This document shows positions 1 through 10,707 of a stretch of DNA of 20,000 nt, one piece after another; the first letter of the stretch is position 1, and each line of letters starts with the position of its first letter. A program made the position numbers and the translations under genes. Location of the stretch: positions 1,050,925-1,070,924 of the forward strand of contig ML992504.1 in assembly GCA_010093995.1 (NCBI GenBank). Direction: 5' to 3'. Under the pieces are notes generated by a model. The model did not search any database, was not told the DNA's origin, and saw only the letters and a list, made by a program, of their open reading frames with translations. Source of the stretch: Elsinoe ampelina (Eukaryota).

Positions 1-1316
1 GTCTTCTCCCACAGCCCCGTCGCCTTCCCTTTGGCCTCGACCAACACCCTCGCCCCCTCACTCCTCCTCCCCCTCTCCTCCATCCAAAACTCCCTCGCCT
101 CGGTCGGATAACTCGTATGCCTCACCTCAATCTCCCAATCCGGCAAATGCTCCTCGGCCCTCTCAAGCCAATACAACATCCTCTTCTCCCTATCCCCGAC
201 ACCAGCAAAATGCACCAAAAAATCCCCCCTCCTCACCTGAAACGGTGCCAAAGTCTCATTATGCTCCCCCTGATACGCATTAAACCACCTCTGCGGCGCC
301 CACACCACATTCCCCCTGAACCTCGCATCCTTCAACAACTCATCCATGGCAGACTGATCCCTAAACACCAACGGCGCCTCGGGCCTATAAAACCGAAAAC
401 TCACAATCGCAGCAAACAACTCGACCGACCACTGACACACCCTGACGGGGAAAACCCCATTATTCAACCCATTCCAATCCCTCGTCACGAGCAGATTCAC
501 ATCGTCAAACTCGGGGCTAGGCGGCAGGAACGTCTCCACCGGCACGTACGGGTTCAGCAGCACCGTGTCGGCGTCCACCCACAGCAACCACTGCAACCTC
601 TCCGCTTCGGGCTTGGCGAGTTCCCGGAGGAGCAGGGCGAGGATGAACCCGGGTTTGCTCCATACGTCGTCTAGGATCCCGTGACGTAGTACGTGTAAGG
701 GGTACCCGTGCATGCGGTCGTGCGTGATGTGTGTCTTGAGTGCGCGCTCGTAGATGGCTGCTCCGCCGAAGATGATGGTTACTTTGCCGACTGAGGGGCG
801 TGCGCCGAGGAGGTCGGAGCCGGATGGGTGGTAGGTTTCGGTGGTGTTGGGTGGGGAAGAGAGGTTGAAGGTGTCGAGGGTGAAGGTCGCCGGGTAGGTT
901 TTGTTGGGGGACGAGGGGCGGAGCGGGTGTAGGGAGGAGAGGTGTCCCGAGACGGCGTGGCGGAGGTCCGAGAGGGCGGATTTGATGGAGGGGGACTTTG
1001 GGGGTGCGTGGGGTGCGTGGTGGGCGTTGTAAGCAGGGGGAGGGGAGGGATGGGTGGGGTCGTTGTATGCGGTGTGGGCGTCGAGGGGGGCTTCGAGGAT
1101 GTCGGCTGAGGGATAGTCGTATTCGGCGCCGTCAACTTGGGGGCTGCTACTCAGACTGGATGTGAGGAAGTAGCCAAGTAGAATACAGAGACAGGCAATG
1201 GCGGCGAGACGAGCGCGGCCTGCACCAAATGTGCCGACAGTGCGCGCGCGCTGTTTGACCCATCGTGGAAGCTCGTCAACGTTGACGCTAATGAGTGGAG
1301 AGGACGGCGACGACAT
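1..1316 (-). CDS. Glycosyltransferase family 34 (GMA12/MNN10-like galactosyl/mannosyltransferase), type II membrane protein; 3' end lies beyond the window
   Basis: Translated by hand; absent from the ORF track because it has no stop in the window. Open frame from ATG 1316 (context CAAAAAATG): MSSPSSPLISV..., TM anchor RLAAIACLCILLGYFL, P/H/S-rich stem, then VWSKPGFIL, WLLWVDADTVLLNP (DxD), DWNGLNNGVF, FRDQSAM, APQRWFNAY and GDFLVHFAG, all typical of GT34. An in-frame upstream ATG exists at 1370. Confidence 0.92.
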   Translation of the reverse strand, partial: MSSPSSPLISVNVDELPRWVKQRARTVGTFGAGRARLAAIACLCILLGYFLTSSLSSSPQVDGAEYDYPSADILEAPLDAHTAYNDPTHPSPPPAYNAHHAPHAPPKSPSIKSALSDLRHAVSGHLSSLHPLRPSSPNKTYPATFTLDTFNLSSPPNTTETYHPSGSDLLGARPSVGKVTIIFGGAAIYERALKTHITHDRMHGYPLHVLRHGILDDVWSKPGFILALLLRELAKPEAERLQWLLWVDADTVLLNPYVPVETFLPPSPEFDDVNLLVTRDWNGLNNGVFPVRVCQWSVELFAAIVSFRFYRPEAPLVFRDQSAMDELLKDARFRGNVVWAPQRWFNAYQGEHNETLAPFQVRRGDFLVHFAGVGDREKRMLYWLERAEEHLPDWEIEVRHTSYPTEAREFWMEERGRRSEGARVLVEAKGKATGLWEK

Positions 1317-1391
1317 TTTTTGCGAGTGTACAAAAGAGATGAGAAAAGAGAACCGTGTCAAGAATGCCATTGCTCAGGGACATTGCTTATC

Positions 1392-2939
1392 TTAAGAGAT
1401 TATCTCGGCATCCCTTGCGTCGAGCTCTCGAACCCTTCGTTCATGCCAGATGCTCATGGCAACTTTTTTACCGAGCGCTCGCCGCGAATACAAGGTACTG
1501 TCCGTTGATTCTATCAAGCCAACGAAGCTGCCAATCCGCTCGCCGGCCTTTACCAATGTCTCGTACTGTTTGCCCGGACCACTTGAATACCTCACCAGGT
1601 CGGGGTCGAAGACGACTGTATTTTCCGGGAAGATGACCACAACTGTGCTTCCTCCGTACTGGAAGTAGCCCAGTGGCCGTCCACGGTATACTTCTTCTCC
1701 CGTTTGGATACCTTCGATGTACTTGATGCTGCCAACAAGCATGGCTCCGATCGCCACAACAAAGATGTATTTGCCAGTCGAATGCTCGATGATGCGCATC
1801 ACACTGCGTCGATTTGCACAGAACACGTCGAGTGTATTTGCCTGAGCCTTACGTAAGAATAGGTTTGGATGATTGCAGCGGGAAACTTACCTGCCTGACG
1901 GCTTGTGGATTGACCGTATAGTATGCTCCTGGTATCTCCTTGATGTCAACAATTGTGCCCTCCACGGGAGAATGCCAGCGATGATAGTCTTGGGGTGCGA
2001 GTCGGTGAATGGCAATGCTGGCAGATCCGAGTTCACGCGCCCAGGCTTCATTTTCAATCAAGGTCTCCAAGCTGAAGCCGAAGCCTTTGATCCAAAACTG
2101 AGTCGCCTGCAGGATAGATCGGTACACAACCGTGCGGCTGTCCGCAGCTGCTGAGATTGCATCTTCCTGCCATCTGTTAGCTTGTTCCTGTGAGTCCACC
2201 GACAAACATCGCCTACATCATCTGGGTCGGTAATTGGCCGGGCTGCTGGTTTGAGTGCCCGGCCAAAAAATTCATTGAATGATTCGTAGGATTCCAGATG
2301 CTCAAACTCCCACTCTGTCTCGGTATCCTCGAGATGATAGTGTTGGATGAAGTACCTGATATAGTCACGACTATCAGTAGAATCGTACAGTCGGCCAAGC
2401 CTCTCCGTTTGCTCTTTCAGTAAATGTTTCGCCGCGTCGGTTTGCAAAAGCCTGATTTGAGGCGAGCCACAGTACAAGAGGTGCATGCCGAGGCGGACGA
2501 AAAGCGGCATCCGTTCCTACTCCTTCATGCCTGACTCTCGAATGATGTAGTAGTTGCCAGCTTGCATGCGATCAAGCAGTTCATGCATCGTCTCGGGATT
2601 GAAAGGCCGCGCGTGACATGCATACATGAAGCGATGCATCCAGTCATCTCCAGCCTCCTGGTGGTACGTGACGCTCATGAAGAGAAATCGATCGTGGTGA
2701 AACTTATCGTCCTGCTCTGCGACGACTCGCTCTGCAGCAAAGTAATTGGATACGCTGGCTAGATGCTGGTCGGTCTCCTCGTCGCCGCTGCTACTGCCGT
2801 CGCTTGCCTCGCTTGGCCGTGACTCGGACTCACTGTCATTGTCATTGTCATCGCCTGATTCGCTTGCCAGGGTCCGAGGCTCGGATCCGTTGTCATCATT
2901 GGGGATGCTTGCAAGTGTCTGAGGTTCGTGGTCCGTCAT
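1392..2939 (-). CDS. Phosphatidylserine decarboxylase proenzyme (PSD2-type catalytic domain, no C2 domains), 3 exons, with an in-frame TAG at codon 141 (possible pseudogene or edited gene)
   Basis: Exons 2939-2217, 2166-1891 and 1841-1392. Introns 2216-2167 (GTAGGC..GCTAAC..CAG, 50 nt) and 1890-1842 (GTAAGT..CTTAC..CAG, 49 nt). Motifs FNEFFGRALKPAARPI, AADSR, RLAPQDYHRWHSP, AIGAMLVGSI and the YFQYGGST self-cleavage site are intact. TAG at 2519-2517 lies in frame between GNYYIIRESGMKE and ERMPLFVRLGMHLL. Confidence 0.88.
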
Positions 2940-3918
2940 GGCAGGTGATACGAATTGAATGTATGCTGTAGCGATGCTTGCCGGAGTGTGGATAGTATAG
3001 ATTATGTGCTTAGGTCTACCGATCAAGAGCGAACGAATGTCGAGCACTATGTCAGTGGAGGAAACTATGTGTGGAAAGCGCGACCTGTACAGAGACCTTT
3101 GCTTTGGGACTCCCAATGGTACGAATGCAGCACCTACCTACACATCATGCTTGTCGACAAGCTGAATCTCCGCGTATCTGAACGACAATATGACTATCAG
3201 TAATAGTCATTATGCCCCTCTGCTGAATAGATATCGGCAAACTTTCAGCCACCATACGCCAGATCGTGATCAAAGGGCCGATTAGATACGCCGGACAGAG
3301 GGCGAGCGCGCGGGGTCGTGGGAGTGACATGAGTGACCGGAAGGCTTCATGGGAGTTCGCATCCACGGTCTACAAACCGTCCATGCCGCTTCTCAAGCCT
3401 GTTTCGCACCTCCGGAAGCTTGACGAGTGTTTGATGACAACCGCGAGAGTGCGATTCGACGATTCACCGCTTGGACATCGCGGGGCCCCAGGCCATCAGA
3501 GTTTTTCCTCGTCATTTTGGCCAGAACGCTAAACCCGTTTGAGGAAACCGCTCCTCTGACTCCCGACAACCGGCGATTTTGGGGCTTCTGGCATTTGCGG
3601 GTGACATCTCCGCCAGCCCATCTCAAGACAAGACTTCAAGCCGTCTCACAACACGCTATTCCCGACCACACGGCAGATACTGAACGCCCCTCTCGCCTAC
3701 AGGATATAGACGAAATCCTGCCACCCCTCCACGAGATCTCATCACCCTCAATATCCTCTCAGCCCATCCCGACCACGAAACAGAAACACGAACGCATCCG
3801 AAATCCCCCCCCCCCGCGATACGCCATACCACAACTCACCTCCCCTCCTCGATGGTGACAACCCCATAACCCTCACCCAAATAGCGCAGCAGGACCCGCG
3901 CCTCCTGCCTTCCTCAAT

Positions 3919-4509
3919 ATGACCTCCAACCGCCCCTTCCTCTCTAACTTCCTCGCCGCCTTCCGCGCCCACTCCAGCACCCTCCCCAAATCCAACCCCT
4001 CTCTGTCGAGCACCAGCACCTCCAACCCCGCCGTCTGGACCGCCGCCGCATCGACCTATACGGGCCCAACTCAAACCACCCAACCCCAACAAATCCACTC
4101 CTCCCCGCGCACCATCGACCCCCGCAAGGTCCCGGCGCAAACGAGCCGCTCCACATCCCCCGGCCCACTCCCCTTCTCGCCTCCCCTCCAACACAACGTC
4201 GGCCCGCTCTCGCACACGACGCGAGGCACTTCACCAGGAGCCAGTAGCGTAGACAAGAGTCCCTTCCCACAAGCCAGCGAACGACGGACAGGGACGTCAA
4301 CGGCGGCGATAGGCATTCCTTCGAGCGCGAACAGGCGGCGAGGGAGCGATACTAGTAGCGAGGGCGGGTTTCGGGACGTGGCGAGTGGGCAGGAAAAGTG
4401 GTATATAGGGGGCAGGACGGCGGGAGGGGAGGAGAGGTATTATAAGCTTTCGGTGGTGAGGAGGGAGAGGAGCGCGGACAGGCTGAGCGCGGATCGGTTG
4501 AGTCTATGA
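3919..4509 (+). CDS. Hypothetical fungal protein, 196 aa, S/T/P-rich and probably disordered, with a conserved-looking C-terminus
   Basis: Single-exon ORF with strong codon bias. N-terminal PFLSNFLAAFRAHS and C-terminal RRRGSDTSSEGGFRD..EKWYIGGRT..EERYYKL..DRLSADRLSL resemble an uncharacterised Pezizomycotina family (recalled, not searched). Confidence 0.8.
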   Translation: MTSNRPFLSNFLAAFRAHSSTLPKSNPSLSSTSTSNPAVWTAAASTYTGPTQTTQPQQIHSSPRTIDPRKVPAQTSRSTSPGPLPFSPPLQHNVGPLSHTTRGTSPGASSVDKSPFPQASERRTGTSTAAIGIPSSANRRRGSDTSSEGGFRDVASGQEKWYIGGRTAGGEERYYKLSVVRRERSADRLSADRLSL

Positions 4510-5172
4510 CCGAGCTCGAGAGCAGACGGAAGACGGCCGCAGATCGTTAGGGTATAAGGGCGGGCAGGGAGGATGACATGGCGTTTTGGTTTGGGCATTG
4601 CATTGCATGGTATGCATTGATCGGGACAGGATCAGATTGATGGGTCGGGCTTCATGGCTCGTTTTATGATTGATGGGGCTCGCTGCCTAAGTAAGAGTCA
4701 AGAGTACATAGGACTTCTTCCTCCTTTCCTCCTTGCCGTGCGTTCCTCTATGACCACACTCCGTGACGCCTGCCGCTAAATTGAAGTCTGTAGATGGTGA
4801 CTCGCTGCCATGTCCCGATATCCCCTGCAGTCTGCTCTTATGATTCTGAGAATGTCGCTTCGTTGGTCGACGGAGATGCCGGGTCGATGTATCGAAGGTG
4901 CGAGGCCCGTAGATAATCGAAGAAACGGTTGTCATACAAGTAGTTGAGCACAGCTGTGCATGCGTGCCTGGCGGATTGTGTCTGATGCGTTGCCTGTTGC
5001 CAAGTCAATGAGTGTCCGTAGTCCTCCTGGACATTAGCAGCAAAGCAGCAGTCGCAGCAGCAGCAGTCGCAAAGAGGTCGTTCTCCGGATATTCTCGTGC
5101 GACTTCTTTCCCAACGCTGGTGAAAAGAGTGACGTCTTCATCTGGTTGCTCATTTGGGAATTGTTATGGCTT

Positions 5173-6624
<1,452 letters not shown>

Positions 6625-7513
6625 TCAGCCCAAGGATGTTGTCGAGGTCGTTCTTGCGGCCAGGCTCCAATCGCACGATGTTGACAAATGTTTGTCTGTT
6701 GAAATGATCCGGTAGGTGGAGGATTTCGATTGTGCGCGTCAAGAAGTGTTGTGCCAGAGAATAACTCCTCAATGATTCCGATGATGATCTGGGAAAAAGT
6801 CGCGAACACGGGTTCCTGTGGAAGAGCTCTGGTCTTTTGAAGCTAACCCTTTTTGGCTAGCGAATTTTTGACCGCAAACAGTTCACACCTTGTGCTACAA
6901 CCCGCAACCAAGGAATATGCTTGTAGGGCACAATGACTGCTCGTGGAAGTCACGACGTTGCGAGAAAAGGCGCTACTTTCTGTGATCCTTTCTGATGCCT
7001 CTTATGTGCGAAGTCCCTCTTCGATGACATGGGAAGAAGCAAGTGCTCTGGACCACGCCAAGTATGCAGAATTACTCGATTCGTTTAGCGCTAAGCTTGC
7101 GTTTAATAATGCGGCGCGTCGACGTGCCGTATATCTCCTCGCCAGACGCATTCGATAATCCTTCCAATTCGCCGTGCTATTGGCTCGGAAGCGCATTCCG
7201 CTGCAGACCATCGCCGCCACATACAATCTCAGACATAATTGACAGGATCCTGGTTCAGACAGGTCGGTCAGCTGCAGACCGCTCGAGCGGCCTGGGACTT
7301 GTTCTGCTGGTGGGTTCTCTTCCATGTGTTTCCATGCGACAGAAACGACAATCACTCAGAGTTGTCTTGTTGTCGTCGCAGTATCAACACGCTCCTCATC
7401 ACATGTGGCAGGTGCGGCACGACCTGTTGTCGCAAGGGATCCCTCCACTTTCCATTTAAATTCCATCCTTTCACTTTCACCTTTCCCTGCCACCTTGCAT
7501 TCTCATAATCACC

Positions 7514-10500
7514 ATGGCCCGGCACAGGCGCTCTGACGGCCGTCCTAGGTATCGACAACACGACGTCTGGCCAGATCGCGAAAGGCACTACTCCCTAGAA
7601 GGAACATGGGCGGGAAGCCCCACCTCTTATACATTGTCCCGCCATCCTATCGATATGGATCGGTAAGTCGTGTTGGGTATCTTGGTATGCTTTCATCTCA
7701 CACCTTCTACAGTATCGATGCACAACATCAACCACCACCAAAACGCATTCGTGATGATCATGCCCAAGATGGGTCCCGAAAGGTTCCCAGGCTTGCCGAT
7801 GTGCCTCATACGTCCACCATCTCCTTGAGCGAGTCACAAATCGAACAGATCGAGCAGTTTGGGAAAAATCTGATCGAATTCACTACTAAGCAAATCGCTT
7901 TCGTTGAGGACGATCGCAACCTCACACAAATGAGAAAGGAGTACGAAAAAGTCAAAGAGCATCACCGTACGTTTGGCAAGTCTCCCGTACATCTGGAAAA
8001 TGCCCTCCGAGACCGCACAGCACAGCGTGACCGCCACGAAAGAGAGCGCAGTGCCAATGAACGTGCTATTGAGGATGCTCTTAGTCAACTTTTCCTAAGT
8101 GTCCTCAGCCATCACAACGTCATGCGCGCGGACTCACCCACGATCCCTAGTGCTTCAACACAAGAGATCATAGCATTACAAAATCAGATTGCAAAATTGC
8201 AGGATACACAAACGAGCGCGTTCGGTGCAGCTCACAGCGCCGAAGAGAAGTTCCTACGCCATGAGCGCGAACAAAATGATCGTACCGCTGACATTCGGAG
8301 AGAGCTACGTGAGCTCGCAGATCAACACAAGAGAGAGCGGGACGACCTACATAATCAGATTCAGGATCTGAAAGCCACCAATGCAAAACTCAGAACTGAT
8401 CAAGCGATCTTATCTGCCAGGCTACCAAAGCTTGAAGAAAGGACTACTAGCATGGAGAACATTCAGAAAGCCTCTTCTACTATGGGTGAGAAGATCGACC
8501 TTGCGACAAGCTCTATCACATCTGTCGCCAGCGATACTTCACTTGTGAGAGATAAGATGGCTCTCATCGACAAGCTCAAAGACACTCAAGAACGTCACGA
8601 TCTTTCTATCAAATCACTAGAAAATACAGACAAGTCTCGCAAGGCCTCGATCGAAGCCATTGACACCAATGTGAAGAAGTTGTCCGAAAAGAGCCACGCA
8701 GATCACACTACCCTCAGAATCGAATTGGACAACCTGGAGAAGAAGCATGTTGATGAAATCTCAAAGGTGGACAAATCCATAGCTGGTCTCGAGCTCAAGA
8801 TGGGCAAATTCCCCACAAAATCAGCACTTCAACAAGAGATCACACGGACGGAAGCTTCAATCCAATCACAAATTGGCAACTATCTACAGGAAGGTTCCAG
8901 CATATATGACAACATGGTGGCACGCTTGGCAACCCTTAGTAAAGAACAGGTGCAAACGCAAATGGACGCGGAACGACCAAAGATGGCGGACAAGCTCGAA
9001 GCACTTAAAACAAGTTCAGCAAAGGAATTGGTCAAGCTCTCGTCCGAGGTCAAACAGAGTAGCACAAACACTCTAAAGGAGCTGTCCAACGAGATCAAGC
9101 AGATCAAGGCAAGACAAGTCTCAATGCCGGTAAACATCACATCGCAGCTAGAAGACCTTCAGAAGAGTAGTCATGAGATGAGCGAGCGGCTCGATGTCCA
9201 CACACGCGCCCAAAATGAGTTTAGGGTGCGTCTCGAACACTTCACAAAAAACCAACGTCAAGCGGAAGCATCTCGTCCCCCTATCGATCAGCAAGCAGCC
9301 CAGCAGCAGAGACCTCGTCAGGCCTCTCAGCTGCATTCACCACTTCATGCACAATCTGGACAACATCTGTCAAGCATTAGTACTACGCCTGCAGTCTCAA
9401 GCCAGCTTCAGAGCTCTCCAGTATTACATCACGGCGGTCCGCGCAGTCAGTCTCAGTCTCCAGTGTACATGCAGCCCGCTCAACAATTCGGTAGCATCAA
9501 CGGTACTGTCATGCAAGGCCCCATTCCAGGCCAAGCTGTACCCCATTGGCATACCCCCGTGCCAGGTCAGACCCGCCTACCTCAACAGACATTCGCTCCC
9601 CCTCAGCAGTCTGCGACCCCTGCCGGTCTTAGCAACGTCGAAAGGACGCAGATCTTGAGAGAGCTCTTCGAGACTATCAGCAGAGAGCTTGTAAGGCCTG
9701 GCAGCATCATACTCCAGACGAATGAGAAAGTTGACAAAGCGTTGGCAACGATCTCGCCAGTCGTACAGGAAGAGCTGAATCGTATCCGGGACCACTTTGA
9801 GCAAAGGTTGAGTGGACAGAACACCTTTGCGACGAATCTTATGGCCACCGTCAATGAAGCGAATAGCCGGATCAATCGAGCTATGGATAAGCATGATGAT
9901 ATAGAGAAGCGTGTCGGCAGCCTTGAGCGCATCAGTAACACAGCACTAGCTGGTCACTTGATGGGTATGGGAGAGGGGACACCACGTATCGCTACCCCGA
10001 AGAGCGCCTCGCCTGGTCCATCGGATCTCTCCAGCGTCAAGTCGGACATCAATCGTCTGATGAACGACTACCAGTCATTGAGCGAGAAAGTAGAGATCCA
10101 AAGTGGAGAGATTGATGGGCTTAAAGGCGACACCGCAAAACTTGTCGACAATGCTGAGACAATGACTGATAGGGCTGACGACCTAGGCCAATTGATCAGA
10201 GCTAGCGAGAAGGAAATCTCCAAGCTACGCAAGGACCACACAAGTCTGTCCACCACACTCAAACTCGTACAAGACCAGAGCCAGACCACATCGTCCGGCC
10301 ACAACGTTATCAGGACTCTAACCGAGACTCACGACTCCAGACTGGCCGACTTGGAAAGACTGGTCCACACCCACGACACACTTCTCGACAAAGCAGATCC
10401 GAACACAATCCCAGCCCTCCGCATGACCGTCAAGGAGAACTCCTCCCAGCTCGACGACCTCGAAAAGCTGGACCTCCCCGGTATCAGAGCCACAGCAGAG

Positions 10501-10707
10501 AAAGCCGACAAGGGTATCAAGAAGCAGATCGCCCGCGAAGGTGTCATTAAGAACTCCATCGCCAGGCTGGAAGGACATGTCAAGTTGACCAAGACGAATT
10601 TTGAGGCCGAGGACAGGGTCGCTGTTGGGAGGGTCAGGGCAGCGGAGAAGAAGAGAGCCACGGAGCAGTCTGACGCCTCGAGTGTGGCGGGGAAGGGGAC
10701 GTCTTAG
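7514..10707 (+). CDS. Large coiled-coil protein of unknown function (~1047 aa spliced) with a central Q/P/S-rich low-complexity linker
   Basis: Exon 1 is 7514-7662 (ACCATGG start after a pyrimidine-rich leader; MARHRRSDGRP...). The intron is 7663-7712 (GTAAGT..CTCAC..TACAG, 50 nt). Exon 2 (7713-10707) joins in frame to the 1033-aa track ORF. Heptad-rich E/K/L/Q segments flank the PQQSATP-type region. The frame stays open for 33 more codons after the TAG. Confidence 0.85.

Noticed and set aside
117..1135. Track ORFs 117-674(+) and 779-1135(-)
   Set aside because: Antisense and alternative-frame shadows of the GT34 gene, produced by its skewed codon usage.
1392..2939. PSD-fold enzyme as a PsiD-like tryptophan decarboxylase in a secondary-metabolite cluster
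   Set aside because: The motifs match the PSD2-type lipid enzyme, and the neighbours are not biosynthetic genes.
5037..5075. Imperfect GCA/GCAGTC repeat downstream of RVB2
   Set aside because: A short, ordinary microsatellite in a 3' region.
6943..7242. Helical-looking frame (…AVYLLARRIR*SFQFAVLLARK…) in the RVB2 divergent region
   Set aside because: It has no ATG start, contains stops and shows no recognisable homology, so it cannot be supported as a gene.
7606..7712. ATG 7606 as the start of the 1033-aa ORF
   Set aside because: It reads through a canonical 50-nt intron. ATG 7514 has a better context and splices in frame.
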